A stretch of DNA of 64,000 nt from a virus (IMGVR_UViG_3300018405_000011), one strand, 5' to 3'. Positions 26,677 through 35,845 are shown, counted from the first letter of the stretch. Notes: generated by a model not told the origin, from the letters alone. Program-made: numbers and translations.

Positions 26677-27606
26677 ATGTCTGAAGTACAAGCAACGAAC
26701 AATGCCATCGATGATATCCATGCTGTCACGCTGGGACACTCGGTCAATGAACGCATATTGAACGTTTTAGGAATGAATCCACATTACATCGAAATCTTAA
26801 AACACAATAATATCATTCCGTGTACCGTAAAGCAATTCGTGACACTGGAAGGGAGTTGGGTAAAAGAAATCGTTGAAGCCGTAAAACTCTTACTATGGAA
26901 CGAGAACGGTGAACCACTTTGTGCCCATGCGCAGTTTGGTAACGAGTTCTTCCATTATGACGATGAGTCTGGCCATACCTTCGTCGGTTTTACAAACCTA
27001 GGCGAACAGAGCGTTCATAGTACATACCGCATGTCTGACGGGCGAGTCATTCGTCAGGCCATTGTAGAAACCGAGACGGGTAAGGTATTAAACGTACTTA
27101 ACGAATGTAAGTACAAAGATGACCTACTGAAAGAAATCATTACTCCTGTAATGGTTCCTGCAAGCGATCAACAGAGTTATGTCGACACGGGCAACGTTAA
27201 TATTGAGCGTTTCCTATTTAAAGACGGTTTCTGTGTTGAAGAAGTCCATGCATCGGTGCAACGCGATAAGAAGGGGCGCATCCCAGCTTTAACCCGTGAT
27301 ATGTTTTCTACTAAAATCTATCATGAATACGAAGACGGTAAATGTGTTCGTTCAAAACTGCCAGATGTATTTGGTAAGATGTCCATCGTAAACTTCGAAT
27401 GGGATGCTCAAGGGAATTTGGTGAAGCAGTCTCAGGACGGTGCATTAGTCGCATTGATTACAAATGCCTACGATAGCGAAGGTCGCTTATTATCCATGAC
27501 ACGTCATGAGCAAGCTGGTGTGACAATGACAAATACCAATGGTCGCTACGAGCGCTCTACGGAAGATAAAGACGTTGTATTAATTGATCTAGCGAAGTAT
27601 TACTAA
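26677..27606 (+). CDS. YD-like beta-hairpin repeat family protein (paralog C)
   Basis: FEWDAQGNLVK, AYDSEGRLLS, YEDGKCV; N-terminal LKHNNIIPCT motif. Confidence 0.65.
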   Translation: MSEVQATNNAIDDIHAVTLGHSVNERILNVLGMNPHYIEILKHNNIIPCTVKQFVTLEGSWVKEIVEAVKLLLWNENGEPLCAHAQFGNEFFHYDDESGHTFVGFTNLGEQSVHSTYRMSDGRVIRQAIVETETGKVLNVLNECKYKDDLLKEIITPVMVPASDQQSYVDTGNVNIERFLFKDGFCVEEVHASVQRDKKGRIPALTRDMFSTKIYHEYEDGKCVRSKLPDVFGKMSIVNFEWDAQGNLVKQSQDGALVALITNAYDSEGRLLSMTRHEQAGVTMTNTNGRYERSTEDKDVVLIDLAKYY

Positions 27607-27632
27607 GGTAAAGTGTGTTTCAAGAAAAAGTG

Positions 27633-27645
27633 AAACCTATATTAC
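27633..27645 (+). promoter_or_regulatory. Putative early promoter AAACCTATATTAC
   Basis: Exact motif copy. Confidence 0.8.
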
Positions 27646-27649
27646 TTTA

Positions 27650-27745
27650 TTGATATTAACGTGAAGAATCAATGAAATCACTTTGTTAATACGTTAACTG
27701 CGACGGTGCCTCTATGGTATCGTCGCATCTCTTCTTTTTATTTTT
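27650..27745 (+). ncRNA. Candidate early small RNA or attenuated leader with two hairpins
   Basis: Promoter, then ATTAAC-GTGA...TCAC-ttt-GTTAAT, then a 12-bp TGCGACGGTGCC/GGTATCGTCGCA stem (27699-27727) and a T tract. Confidence 0.4.
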
Positions 27746-27762
27746 CTGAAAGGAATTTCATA

Positions 27763-28017
27763 ATGTCAGTAGCTACTCTTATCACAACCGAAAACCTTAA
27801 CAACATCTGGACTTTAGTTGAAGAGGGTAAAATAAAAACGGCGATGTTGGAAGGTGTTGAACTTACACTCGTCACAGACTGCTTCTATACACGCAATGGG
27901 AGCAACGAAGATGTCCCGCACACCCTACTCTATGGCCACAGCTATGATGAGAAAGGAGAAGTCAGTGATGTCTTCCCTCAAGACGAATTACTCGGCCATG
28001 CCACTGTTGAACTTTGA
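27763..28017 (+). CDS. Small acidic hypothetical protein (track start 27706; likely start 27763)
   Basis: AAGGA SD before ATG 27763. Confidence 0.7.
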   Translation: MSVATLITTENLNNIWTLVEEGKIKTAMLEGVELTLVTDCFYTRNGSNEDVPHTLLYGHSYDEKGEVSDVFPQDELLGHATVEL

Positions 28018-28049
28018 TCATTAATGATAAAGCATTCTCTTAACAGGGA

Positions 28050-28475
28050 ATGCTTTATCTTTTTACCGTTTTCACGATAAGGAATAGAGTTATGGGAAAC
28101 GTATTTAAATTCATTCCGGGACACGGAGAACTACGAAGTCAACCTCCCGTTTTAGCCGATGCCCCCATTGCGGCATTTGCTGAAGGCGTACCTACCTGTG
28201 CAAAAAACTGTAAAGTTAAAATCTTTAAACTCGCCTTAGTCAAAAATAAGCGACAACTCTATCACTACCATGATGAACTGGTGCTTAGCGAACCTAAGCT
28301 TGACCGTAAGACCGTAGAGCGAGAACTTATGGATGTCATACGTGGACTACTTAACCGCAGTCGATTTACGAAGTGGCAAACCTTAGATATTCGCTATGAC
28401 GGTCGCTACGCGGCTACTTCTTATTCTACCATTACTGTCACTGTAGATGGTAATGTGACTACTTTCTTAATTTAA
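28050..28475 (+). CDS. Hypothetical protein (likely start 28092)
   Basis: TAAGGA SD before MGNVF. Confidence 0.7.
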   Translation: MLYLFTVFTIRNRVMGNVFKFIPGHGELRSQPPVLADAPIAAFAEGVPTCAKNCKVKIFKLALVKNKRQLYHYHDELVLSEPKLDRKTVERELMDVIRGLLNRSRFTKWQTLDIRYDGRYAATSYSTITVTVDGNVTTFLI

Positions 28476-28492
28476 AACACGAGGACTTCACT

Positions 28493-28618
28493 ATGTCTAA
28501 ATCAACTATCGTTGTTATTCTAATCACTGTACTGGTTACCACGTTAGCTTTCGCTAATGGTGGTGGCTCGACTAACGTAACTACGCAAGAACAACGCGTA
28601 TTACAAGACCTATACTAA
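28493..28618 (+). CDS. 41-aa micropeptide with a signal peptide (not in ORF track)
   Basis: GAGG SD; MSKSTIVVILITVLVTTLAFA/NGGGSTNVTTQEQRVLQDLY; A-F-A signal peptidase I-type site. Confidence 0.7.
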   Translation: MSKSTIVVILITVLVTTLAFANGGGSTNVTTQEQRVLQDLY

Positions 28619-28634
28619 GAAAGGAAATTGACGA

Positions 28635-29117
28635 ATGAAAAACATTGATGTTTTAGATGCCATTATCTTTATAATCATTCATAAGTATCCTGGGGCTGCA
28701 CCGGTTTCGTTTATTGGTGACGAAGTTATTCGTGTATGCCCTAAAGGTTGCTATCATCGAGTCGACGTTGAAACCTGCCTTAAGGAAAATAAAGGTAATC
28801 TTTGGAACGTGGGTGCCAAACCATGGTCCTATGACGTTGAGTATGGTCTAGATGACGAGCGCTTAGCTGGCTTAGCGAATGCCTTAGACGTAGGCATGAT
28901 TATTGCTTTAGATGCCCATGCCATCACATGGGCCAAAGTAAGGCTTTTAACGGCTAACATTAACGACTGCGTGTCTCTTAGTCCTCAGCGTAAACCTACT
29001 ACGACCACAAGTTTAGTAGAGTATTATACGGGGCTAATCTCAACGCTGGTTAGTTGGGATGCCAAACAGGCAGTTGACATTAGAATAAATGATGTTAGAA
29101 ATCGACTTCCTGGATAA
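28635..29117 (+). CDS. Hypothetical protein
   Basis: ORF track; AAGGA SD. Confidence 0.7.
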   Translation: MKNIDVLDAIIFIIIHKYPGAAPVSFIGDEVIRVCPKGCYHRVDVETCLKENKGNLWNVGAKPWSYDVEYGLDDERLAGLANALDVGMIIALDAHAITWAKVRLLTANINDCVSLSPQRKPTTTTSLVEYYTGLISTLVSWDAKQAVDIRINDVRNRLPG

Positions 29118-29128
29118 GGGTGAGAAAG

Positions 29129-29159
29129 ATAGAGGATAGGCATTACGCCTATCCTCTAT
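29129..29159. terminator. Terminator between convergent genes
   Basis: ATAGAGGATAGGC/GCCTATCCTCTAT, 13 bp. Confidence 0.85.
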
Positions 29160-29185
29160 TAACTTATACTGTTTTTTTTTTCGAT

Positions 29186-29599
29186 CTAAATAGACGCTAA
29201 CGGAACTAACATGCCTGCATCCGATGATGGCGCTGTAGACTGAACTTCATCATAGATTTTACTGATGAGTAAGCCTTCAGCATTAGGAATGCTTTCATAG
29301 ATAAAGTACAGGGCTTGAATGGTTTCCGTAGTCACCACATCGCTGTCTTTATCGCAGAAAATGTTAGTAGGTGAAAGCTCTAATAAAAAGTTATCTATTT
29401 CTAAATTTAAAAATAGACAAGCGTCTTCCCCAGATGAATGTACGCGTAGATAAGCCATTGCTGTCGCCAGCGGAATAGACAACTTACCCAACCACTCTAA
29501 GCCTATGTCGTTTTGCCCCGTAAGGGCATACGACGCAGCTATACTTTGACCGTGTGCATTTCCATGAAATATATTATTATAAACAGTCGTTGAAATCAT
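29186..29599 (-). CDS. Hypothetical protein
   Basis: ORF track; GAGG SD. Confidence 0.65.
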   Translation of the reverse strand: MISTTVYNNIFHGNAHGQSIAASYALTGQNDIGLEWLGKLSIPLATAMAYLRVHSSGEDACLFLNLEIDNFLLELSPTNIFCDKDSDVVTTETIQALYFIYESIPNAEGLLISKIYDEVQSTAPSSDAGMLVPLASI

Positions 29600-29685
29600 A
29601 GTACGAGTACCTCTGACGTGTTAGGATTGGTCACATTAGGGATATGTCCTTTCCTTTTAAAACAAACTTACATAAACACATTAAC

Positions 29686-30210
29686 TCATCGTACTGTAAT
29701 TGCTCCCTGTGCTGTCGCGAGCACATAGGTATCTGTCATTAACCGTAGTTGCCCCGGTGTGATTAAGGTATGGCGTTTAATCGTAAAGCCTACTCCGATT
29801 TCAAACACGGTACGTGCGGTTTCTGAACAGAAATACGCCCCGTTAGACTGATAGGATTTAGCCACAATAAAACCGACTATGCCTTTCCAGTCATATTTCG
29901 TCCCTAAGATAGACTCCGCCCAAGCTCGTGCTGCGAGGTAGCGCTCCTCGGTCACATAAACTTCGGTGGTGTGCTTAGGGGCATGGGGTTGCTCAGCTAA
30001 CGTCTCCTTTACCGTGCCGTGGGTCATGGTACTGTGGATTAATGCCCCATCTTCAAACTCGACTGCACAATGTGAAAAAGCAGTTGATAAACGGGCTTTA
30101 ATAATCCAGCTTCCAATCGTACGGTTATCAAAGTAATGAAAGCGCAGCTTACGTAATGGCGTTGCACTCATGGATAGTTCCTTATGGGTAATTAAAGAAC
30201 ATGATGCCAT
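29686..30210 (-). CDS. Permuted papain-like amidase (NlpC/P60, peptidase C92/YiiX type); start probably 30171
   Basis: FSHCAV (His) precedes KYDW...YFCSE (Cys): permuted order. Confidence 0.8.
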   Translation of the reverse strand: MASCSLITHKELSMSATPLRKLRFHYFDNRTIGSWIIKARLSTAFSHCAVEFEDGALIHSTMTHGTVKETLAEQPHAPKHTTEVYVTEERYLAARAWAESILGTKYDWKGIVGFIVAKSYQSNGAYFCSETARTVFEIGVGFTIKRHTLITPGQLRLMTDTYVLATAQGAITVR

Positions 30211-31223
30211 TTGGTTTTCACCGTGGCATCGGCGGGTGTATAGACTTGCAAGGCGATGTCAGAACCGTCTCGTATAGCCTGTACCTGGAACTCAGTGGTA
30301 TCGGTTCCTATCATGCCCTGTGTGGCTACGGCTATGTCACCGCCTGCTACCCAGGTTAGATAGAACGTTGTATGGGTCGCCCCATTGGTGTCCACTGATA
30401 GTATTGTGCCGTGGGCGGAGTTGCCTACGGACTCGTCCCAGCTCGCCACTGTGGTCCATGTATTAGACGTGACCGTGTGTGTAGAATCTGGTATTGCAGG
30501 ATGGTTTTTAATCCGTTCCTGTAGTTGGTTCAGTAAAGTCGTTGAACCAATATTTAAAGAGATGCGGTTAATCGCATTTTGCATCTGTGCCTGAACACGT
30601 AAGATGCCATCGATTTGCTCTAAAATGTTTTGGTTAGTACCTAACATTGGCTTAGAGTTTACTAGGGCATTGGTAACATCATCTAAAGCCTGAGTTAAGG
30701 CTTCTAGTCCAGTAAAGATAGACAATGGATGTGAGTGTAGCTCAGGTGGAAATCGCTGAGGTTTACCGATGATATTTGCCCATGGAATCGACGGGTTATC
30801 GGAAGCGCTATTAATGGCTTCGATTAAGTCGAGTATCAATGAGTTAGCATAGCCTTCTGGACCACCAACACATTGATAGGTAATATTGATACTGCCAATA
30901 AAGGTCGTGCTGGTGAGCTGAATGGCGCCTGCAACTTCTTTACCGGCGGCAGCCGTTAAGTAAGGTTCTAGTGACTGGAACGTGTAGTCTACGCCTTTCG
31001 TCAAAATGAGTCCAGTGGTTAAATCTTGAACAACAATAGACTCCGTATAGAAAGCACCTTCTTTTAAAGGAATTGGGACGAGTCTAGGTGTCGTAAAGGT
31101 ATGGACTTCATTCGCGATTAAGTTAGAAGCAGAGGTACCTGTCTTATCATACTGGTACTTAAAAAGAGTGAGTAAGTTCATGGCACGCGTGCCTCCGTAA
31201 AGGGAATATAGGGTGAGTAACAC
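30192..31223 (-). CDS. phiKZ-like virion structural protein, D-x-TG...NL...E-x-H family (start probably 31181)
   Basis: YQYDKTGTSASNLIANEVH...WANIIGKPQRFPPELHSH. Confidence 0.75.
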   Translation of the reverse strand: MLLTLYSLYGGTRAMNLLTLFKYQYDKTGTSASNLIANEVHTFTTPRLVPIPLKEGAFYTESIVVQDLTTGLILTKGVDYTFQSLEPYLTAAAGKEVAGAIQLTSTTFIGSINITYQCVGGPEGYANSLILDLIEAINSASDNPSIPWANIIGKPQRFPPELHSHPLSIFTGLEALTQALDDVTNALVNSKPMLGTNQNILEQIDGILRVQAQMQNAINRISLNIGSTTLLNQLQERIKNHPAIPDSTHTVTSNTWTTVASWDESVGNSAHGTILSVDTNGATHTTFYLTWVAGGDIAVATQGMIGTDTTEFQVQAIRDGSDIALQVYTPADATVKTKWHHVL

Positions 31224-31245
31224 TATTGGATTTGTCAGTAATAAA

Positions 31246-31277
31246 TAGACTCTACCGCCCGAAGACAGTAGAGTCTA
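31246..31277 (-). terminator. Stem-loop after the chaperone gene
   Basis: TAGACTCTAC/GTAGAGTCTA stem. Confidence 0.6.
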
Positions 31278-31286
31278 GTTTAGATT

Positions 31287-31994
31287 TTAATGTTCCGCAT
31301 AGTCGGAGTTGTAATCTGGGTCGTAGTGTTCGCTAATATCAAAATCAGCAATGGCTTGTGCTGTGGTTAAAGAGGCAATGTGTAGTGCCACGGCTTGCTC
31401 TTTCCCAAAACACTCTTGGTTAACGTAATGCATCATAGCGTCACTGAAGTGCGTAAAACCTACAGCACCATCTGCAGTAGTCACCCCTTTAGACTCGACG
31501 TCTAAGACTACGTACTCAGCAGGGCCTACTTTATACGAATAGATAAAGGTAGAAGGAATCTTACCTTTATCGTACTGGGTCTGGATGACCATTACATCGC
31601 CATTAGCATCTCGGTCAGAGATAATGCGGTGACCTTTATAGATGAAGCCTAATTCAATCGCTTCGATTCGTGTCTTCTTAAGCTCTTCCAGTTTCACTAG
31701 CTTTAATTCCTCTACAGGAATTAACTCGTAGTTTTGCTGGGTGACTTGAGTACGAGTAGACTCATCGCGGAAGACTTCTGACGTAGAAGGACGCTGATAG
31801 CTGTCTGGATAGTCCAGTTTATTATCGCGGTTCTCGTTGACGAAGGCGATTTGTTCAGCGTCTTCAGCGTCTTTAACACCCCACTGGTACCAAAAACGGT
31901 GACCACGTGGGACGTTAGAGCCTTTGTTTTCGCCTTCGACGACAATAACGTCAGACAACAAGTCTGTGGTAAGGTATTGAAATTTTCTTGACAT
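31287..31994 (-). CDS. DUF4376-like tail-fibre assembly protein
   Basis: LKLVKLEELKKTR...GFIYKGHRIISD. Confidence 0.6.
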   Translation of the reverse strand: MSRKFQYLTTDLLSDVIVVEGENKGSNVPRGHRFWYQWGVKDAEDAEQIAFVNENRDNKLDYPDSYQRPSTSEVFRDESTRTQVTQQNYELIPVEELKLVKLEELKKTRIEAIELGFIYKGHRIISDRDANGDVMVIQTQYDKGKIPSTFIYSYKVGPAEYVVLDVESKGVTTADGAVGFTHFSDAMMHYVNQECFGKEQAVALHIASLTTAQAIADFDISEHYDPDYNSDYAEH

Positions 31995-32028
31995 GAGTAA
32001 TTTCCTTTATACTAAGTACCGATGGTAA

Positions 32029-32778
32029 TTAAACTTTCTTTTTGACAATAAGAAGGTCGGCTATAATATCTTCACTTAGTGTTTTAATCGCGTCTAAATC
32101 TGTAAGGGCATTTAGCGAGTGTTTACGGGAGCGTACCACATTAAGTTCTGTTTTAGCTGCGCGAAGGGCTTTAGCTTTCTTAAGCACAGTAATAGCGGCC
32201 GTTTTAGGACTGACACCTGCGGCAATACAGTACGCTGTGAGATTAGGCCCCATGTCACCGGTATAGTCTTGCTCTGTAAAAGCAATAGCTTCGGCTTCCG
32301 TCTCAGCGTAACTGTCTGCAAACGCGGTCCATTGATTTAGAATGGAAAGTGCAGTAGTATCGATGTTTGTCTTAGCATCGCTAATAGCGGCATTGAGCTG
32401 CTTAGAGTTACCGCTATCAGTTAGTACCCACTTATCATTTTCAAAGATGTGATATTTAGAAGGGCGTTCTAATAAAGTCCAACCCTCTTTAATAGGACCT
32501 AATTCTTTAACAGTGTCGGTTTCTGTATTCGTAATAGAATAAATGGTTTTACCACGGTGGTCGGCGACGTATTCTGTCGATGTGGGTCGTCCATTTTCAA
32601 AGTTACAAACACGAACGACGAAGCCCTCTTTAGGTTCTGACGGCTTAACGAGAAGTGCATCTCTTGGATATTCTCGTAGTGCAGAAAAACGAGTAGTTGA
32701 AATACCTTTCTGATTAACAACCAGAGTCTCTTTGTTATAGGTGTAATAAAAGTCAATCATAGTGCGTATCCTACCCAT
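32029..32778 (-). CDS. Tail-fibre assembly chaperone (lambda Tfa-like); start probably 32760
   Basis: EYVADHRGKTIYS...ELGPIKEGWTLLERPSKYHIFENDKWVL. Confidence 0.8.
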   Translation of the reverse strand: MGRIRTMIDFYYTYNKETLVVNQKGISTTRFSALREYPRDALLVKPSEPKEGFVVRVCNFENGRPTSTEYVADHRGKTIYSITNTETDTVKELGPIKEGWTLLERPSKYHIFENDKWVLTDSGNSKQLNAAISDAKTNIDTTALSILNQWTAFADSYAETEAEAIAFTEQDYTGDMGPNLTAYCIAAGVSPKTAAITVLKKAKALRAAKTELNVVRSRKHSLNALTDLDAIKTLSEDIIADLLIVKKKV

Positions 32779-33476
32779 TCAATGTATGCCTTTGGTTGCG
32801 TTTCTGCTCCTGTTCTTGCCACCCTTGAGGCATCAAAATTTGCGATACCATAAGATGATGCGCCCGTGTATGTTGTCGGGAACGCATAATACTGATTACC
32901 ATGCATAGGTGCCCCGAAAATTGCCCCAGTTGCGGTACGCATCCAGCCAGCCGTTTCACTACCATGACCACCAAAGGAGCCGACAATATTCTGCAATTGG
33001 TCTTCATGCGTTTCACCCGCAAGCCATGCTGTACCATTGGCAGCACGAACAAAACGCCCTTGTCGGTCTGGAATATTGATTAATGTATTGTCTGTTTCAT
33101 CAATCCATTCAGGCTTTGCAGCAACCAGTGAGTGATACACCGCTACAGGTAATTGCTGACCAATACCTACCACCATATTTTCTGGAACATTGTCATTATC
33201 CCAGTACAATGTTTCACCTGGCTGTTTATTAACATACGGTTTCCAATAAAAAGGTTTTGTTACATCTACCCATCCAGGTCTACGGTTAGCCGTATCTAAA
33301 GGGTCTTTACCTGCCAACGATTCTACATTAGAATACCACTCCCAATAATGGAGTTGCCCGGTAGTAATATCGATAGTATAACAGACTTCCCCTAGTACAT
33401 ATGTCCGTGTAGGGTCATAGATACCAAACCGAGTTCTGTTTTCGGCATGCTGCCGTGCTAATGATTTAGCTGTCAT
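32757..33476 (-). CDS. Short tail-fibre / tail-collar domain protein
   Basis: IPDRQGRFVR...EDQLQNIVGSF...FDASRVARTGAETQP. Confidence 0.8.
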   Translation of the reverse strand: MTAKSLARQHAENRTRFGIYDPTRTYVLGEVCYTIDITTGQLHYWEWYSNVESLAGKDPLDTANRRPGWVDVTKPFYWKPYVNKQPGETLYWDNDNVPENMVVGIGQQLPVAVYHSLVAAKPEWIDETDNTLINIPDRQGRFVRAANGTAWLAGETHEDQLQNIVGSFGGHGSETAGWMRTATGAIFGAPMHGNQYYAFPTTYTGASSYGIANFDASRVARTGAETQPKAYIEWVGYAL

Positions 33477-33568
33477 TCTTATTTTCTCCTATGAGAAAAA
33501 GGCTCTTCTCTTTATAGAGAAGAGCAAGTATTATTTACTGTAAAAAGAGATTAGAGTTCTGCGTCTAA
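33474..33568. repeat. Direct repeat copy 1 (gene 3' end, terminator hairpin, SD, ATG)
   Basis: First 38 nt identical to 35750-35787; the rest is similar, including the CTCTTCTCT/AGAGAAGAG hairpin. Confidence 0.9.
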
Positions 33569-34486
33569 GTGAACGAATCCAATTAAATACCCATCAATGG
33601 TAAGATTACCGCCACCGCCAAAACTAACAAAGGTAGCTCCTAAATATGTGACGGTCATTACACGGTTTGCAATAATGCTGGAGCCTTGGTCATACTGCGT
33701 AAAGTAACCGGGCAGTTCATTATTAACGTTAGTAAGGGTCACCGTAGGGGTTTCTCTAAGTTTAACAGGGAATGTTATTGACGGCGCTGATAGAAGATAA
33801 ACCGTGTTTATGTTAGATTCAAAACGTATTCTTTGGTAGAAACGTTTACACCTCTGTAACGTCTCGCCTTCTCCCATCTGAGTCGTCTCAGTAGCCGTAT
33901 CCCCAAACTCTAACTTAGGTGACCCGATATAGGTTACATTTAAGTGTGTTTGCTGAGGAAAGATAAACAGTGACAAGTGATGGTTATTTGTACTTGTAAA
34001 GTCAAATCCCTGTTCATCAAACTCGGGGATTTCAAAGGTATAAGTGAAGTAATCAATCCCGCCTGTACAGACGCCTATCGTAACAGGCGATGTACTAAGT
34101 ACGTCTGTATAGATGGAATCCCTTACTTGAACCTGCGCTTGAATCTCTTGCCCGGCTACGCCCTGTACTAAACAGCTAAACGTAACGGTTTTCCCCTTAA
34201 AACGTAAAGCATTCTCTATACGCTGTTCCATGTTACGGTTACTGCCAATTACTGAGGCAGCCGCGAATGCAAAGGGACGAACATTATTCCAACCTGACGG
34301 CAGTATGCCAACCATGCGTGAAAATGCGGAAGTTTGACCACCTTGGTTTAATATCCATCGGTCAAAGGTATAGCCATCGGCAGTATAGGACCCGCCTATA
34401 CGCTGGTCGATTTCTCCCTCGGCATTAATCAGTAAGTTAGGATTAGAGTACCCTTTGATTAATGCGGGGTTTATTAATTGAGACAT
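33551..34486 (-). CDS. Tail-fibre tip / carbohydrate-binding-like domain, paralog of the C-terminal domain of 35828..38071
   Basis: NLLINAEG..DQR...YTFDRW...EQRIE...KLEFGDTAT...CKRFYQR...LDAEL. Confidence 0.7.
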   Translation of the reverse strand: MSQLINPALIKGYSNPNLLINAEGEIDQRIGGSYTADGYTFDRWILNQGGQTSAFSRMVGILPSGWNNVRPFAFAAASVIGSNRNMEQRIENALRFKGKTVTFSCLVQGVAGQEIQAQVQVRDSIYTDVLSTSPVTIGVCTGGIDYFTYTFEIPEFDEQGFDFTSTNNHHLSLFIFPQQTHLNVTYIGSPKLEFGDTATETTQMGEGETLQRCKRFYQRIRFESNINTVYLLSAPSITFPVKLRETPTVTLTNVNNELPGYFTQYDQGSSIIANRVMTVTYLGATFVSFGGGGNLTIDGYLIGFVHLDAEL

Positions 34487-34498
34487 TTGGTTTTACTC

Positions 34499-35752
34499 CT
34501 ATCCGCGACGACCGATCTTAAACTGGGTGTAAATATCATTACCATGTCCTTTATTTATACCTAGTCCATGCGGGGAGGCAGCAGCCATGGTATAATGTCT
34601 GATTTTTACACGGGTGATTTCGGTAAGTGTGAAATCATCATGTATTTCAGACCAAGTCATCGGGATATTAGTTCCGTAAGAATAGGCGTTGGTTCCGATA
34701 GAAATTACTTCGTCGGTATCCGCATTAACCATCTCGATCCAATGGCGGTCTACTGAATCGGCAGGGGCCTTGATTGCTATAGGGTAATATTCCCCAGGGC
34801 CTAAAGTCACAATCCCCGTATTAACATCGACCGATGCTCCTACCATGGTATTTTTTATAACGGTATTCAAGGCTCTATCCTGATAACCTGCGATGGATCC
34901 CCCAGCATAACCTGTACGTTTGTCGGCGACATGCAAAATCTGACTAGATAAAGATGCCATTCTGGCAATCTCTAAGGCATTTGCTTCTAACTGAGTTAAC
35001 CATTCTGGAGACGGGATAGGTAAAGCTGCGGTAGCATTACCGGAATAGATATACGGAACGTTTAAGCTCTCTGCTGACTGTACCTTAACCTTACGAATGC
35101 CGATAATGTATCGTAGCTCACCATTGTTAGTGGATGTTAATTTAATAGTCCTGTTATCTATAATGGTGAGTGTAACCTGAGTTTCAGTAACTGCCGTTGC
35201 TGAGTTCAGAGACAATATATTTCCGGAAAACAGAAACTCACTCGGATAGATTAGTGAGTTTCTAACAGTGTTCTCGGTATCCGGCGCGTACGCAATCCCG
35301 ATAATTAAGGAATCATACTCATCAATATCAATCCCTAAATTAAATTCGGTATTAATACCATATGTTCCTATATCCGCAATGACGTCTCTCGCATCATTAA
35401 AGACATCTACGGCTTCTGGACTTAATGGCATTCTAAAAGTCGTAGACCCGTCACCACTAGAGTACTCATTAACATACCCATCACTAAGCTGCTTAGCTAG
35501 CCATTCTGCATCACTGATAAAGTTTCCAGTAAGTTTAGCATGTTCCCATAAGGCAGGGTACGCAACACGTGATAAAGTATGTCCTTTTCTAGGTACCCAT
35601 GCAGGGTCAATAGACCCATTAACTACTGTAGGGGGAAAGTAAGACAATATTCCTACCATCCCTGTCTTAAAGGCATTAAAAGAAGCCGTAAGGGCTTGTA
35701 CTTGTGAAACTAAAGTACCGGATTTACCGGACAGTCTATTTGAATCAGACAT
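34499..35752 (-). CDS. Tail-fibre protein with a collar-like N-terminus
   Basis: WVPRKGHTLSRVAYPALW...SSGDGSTTFRMP. Confidence 0.8.
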   Translation of the reverse strand: MSDSNRLSGKSGTLVSQVQALTASFNAFKTGMVGILSYFPPTVVNGSIDPAWVPRKGHTLSRVAYPALWEHAKLTGNFISDAEWLAKQLSDGYVNEYSSGDGSTTFRMPLSPEAVDVFNDARDVIADIGTYGINTEFNLGIDIDEYDSLIIGIAYAPDTENTVRNSLIYPSEFLFSGNILSLNSATAVTETQVTLTIIDNRTIKLTSTNNGELRYIIGIRKVKVQSAESLNVPYIYSGNATAALPIPSPEWLTQLEANALEIARMASLSSQILHVADKRTGYAGGSIAGYQDRALNTVIKNTMVGASVDVNTGIVTLGPGEYYPIAIKAPADSVDRHWIEMVNADTDEVISIGTNAYSYGTNIPMTWSEIHDDFTLTEITRVKIRHYTMAAASPHGLGINKGHGNDIYTQFKIGRRG

Positions 35753-35845
35753 TCTTATTTTCTCCTATGAGAAAAAGGCTCTTCTCTATTAAGAGAAGAG
35801 CATCATTTATTTTACTGTAAAAAGAGATTATAGCTCTGCATCCAA
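35750..35845. repeat. Direct repeat copy 2
   Basis: See copy 1. Confidence 0.9.

Noticed and set aside
16641-27606. Rhs/YD polymorphic toxins
   Set aside because: Too few repeats, no PxxxxDPxG autocleavage motif, and no toxin-immunity pairing seen.
33551-35840. C-terminal DAEL as a KDEL-like retention signal
   Set aside because: It is the usual terminus of this phage fibre domain; no relevance in a bacterial host.
33474-35845. Diversity-generating retroelement (TR/VR pair) at the fibre 3' ends
   Set aside because: Mismatches are synonymous third-position or loop changes rather than adenine-specific, the repeat is mostly intergenic, and no reverse transcriptase is in the window.
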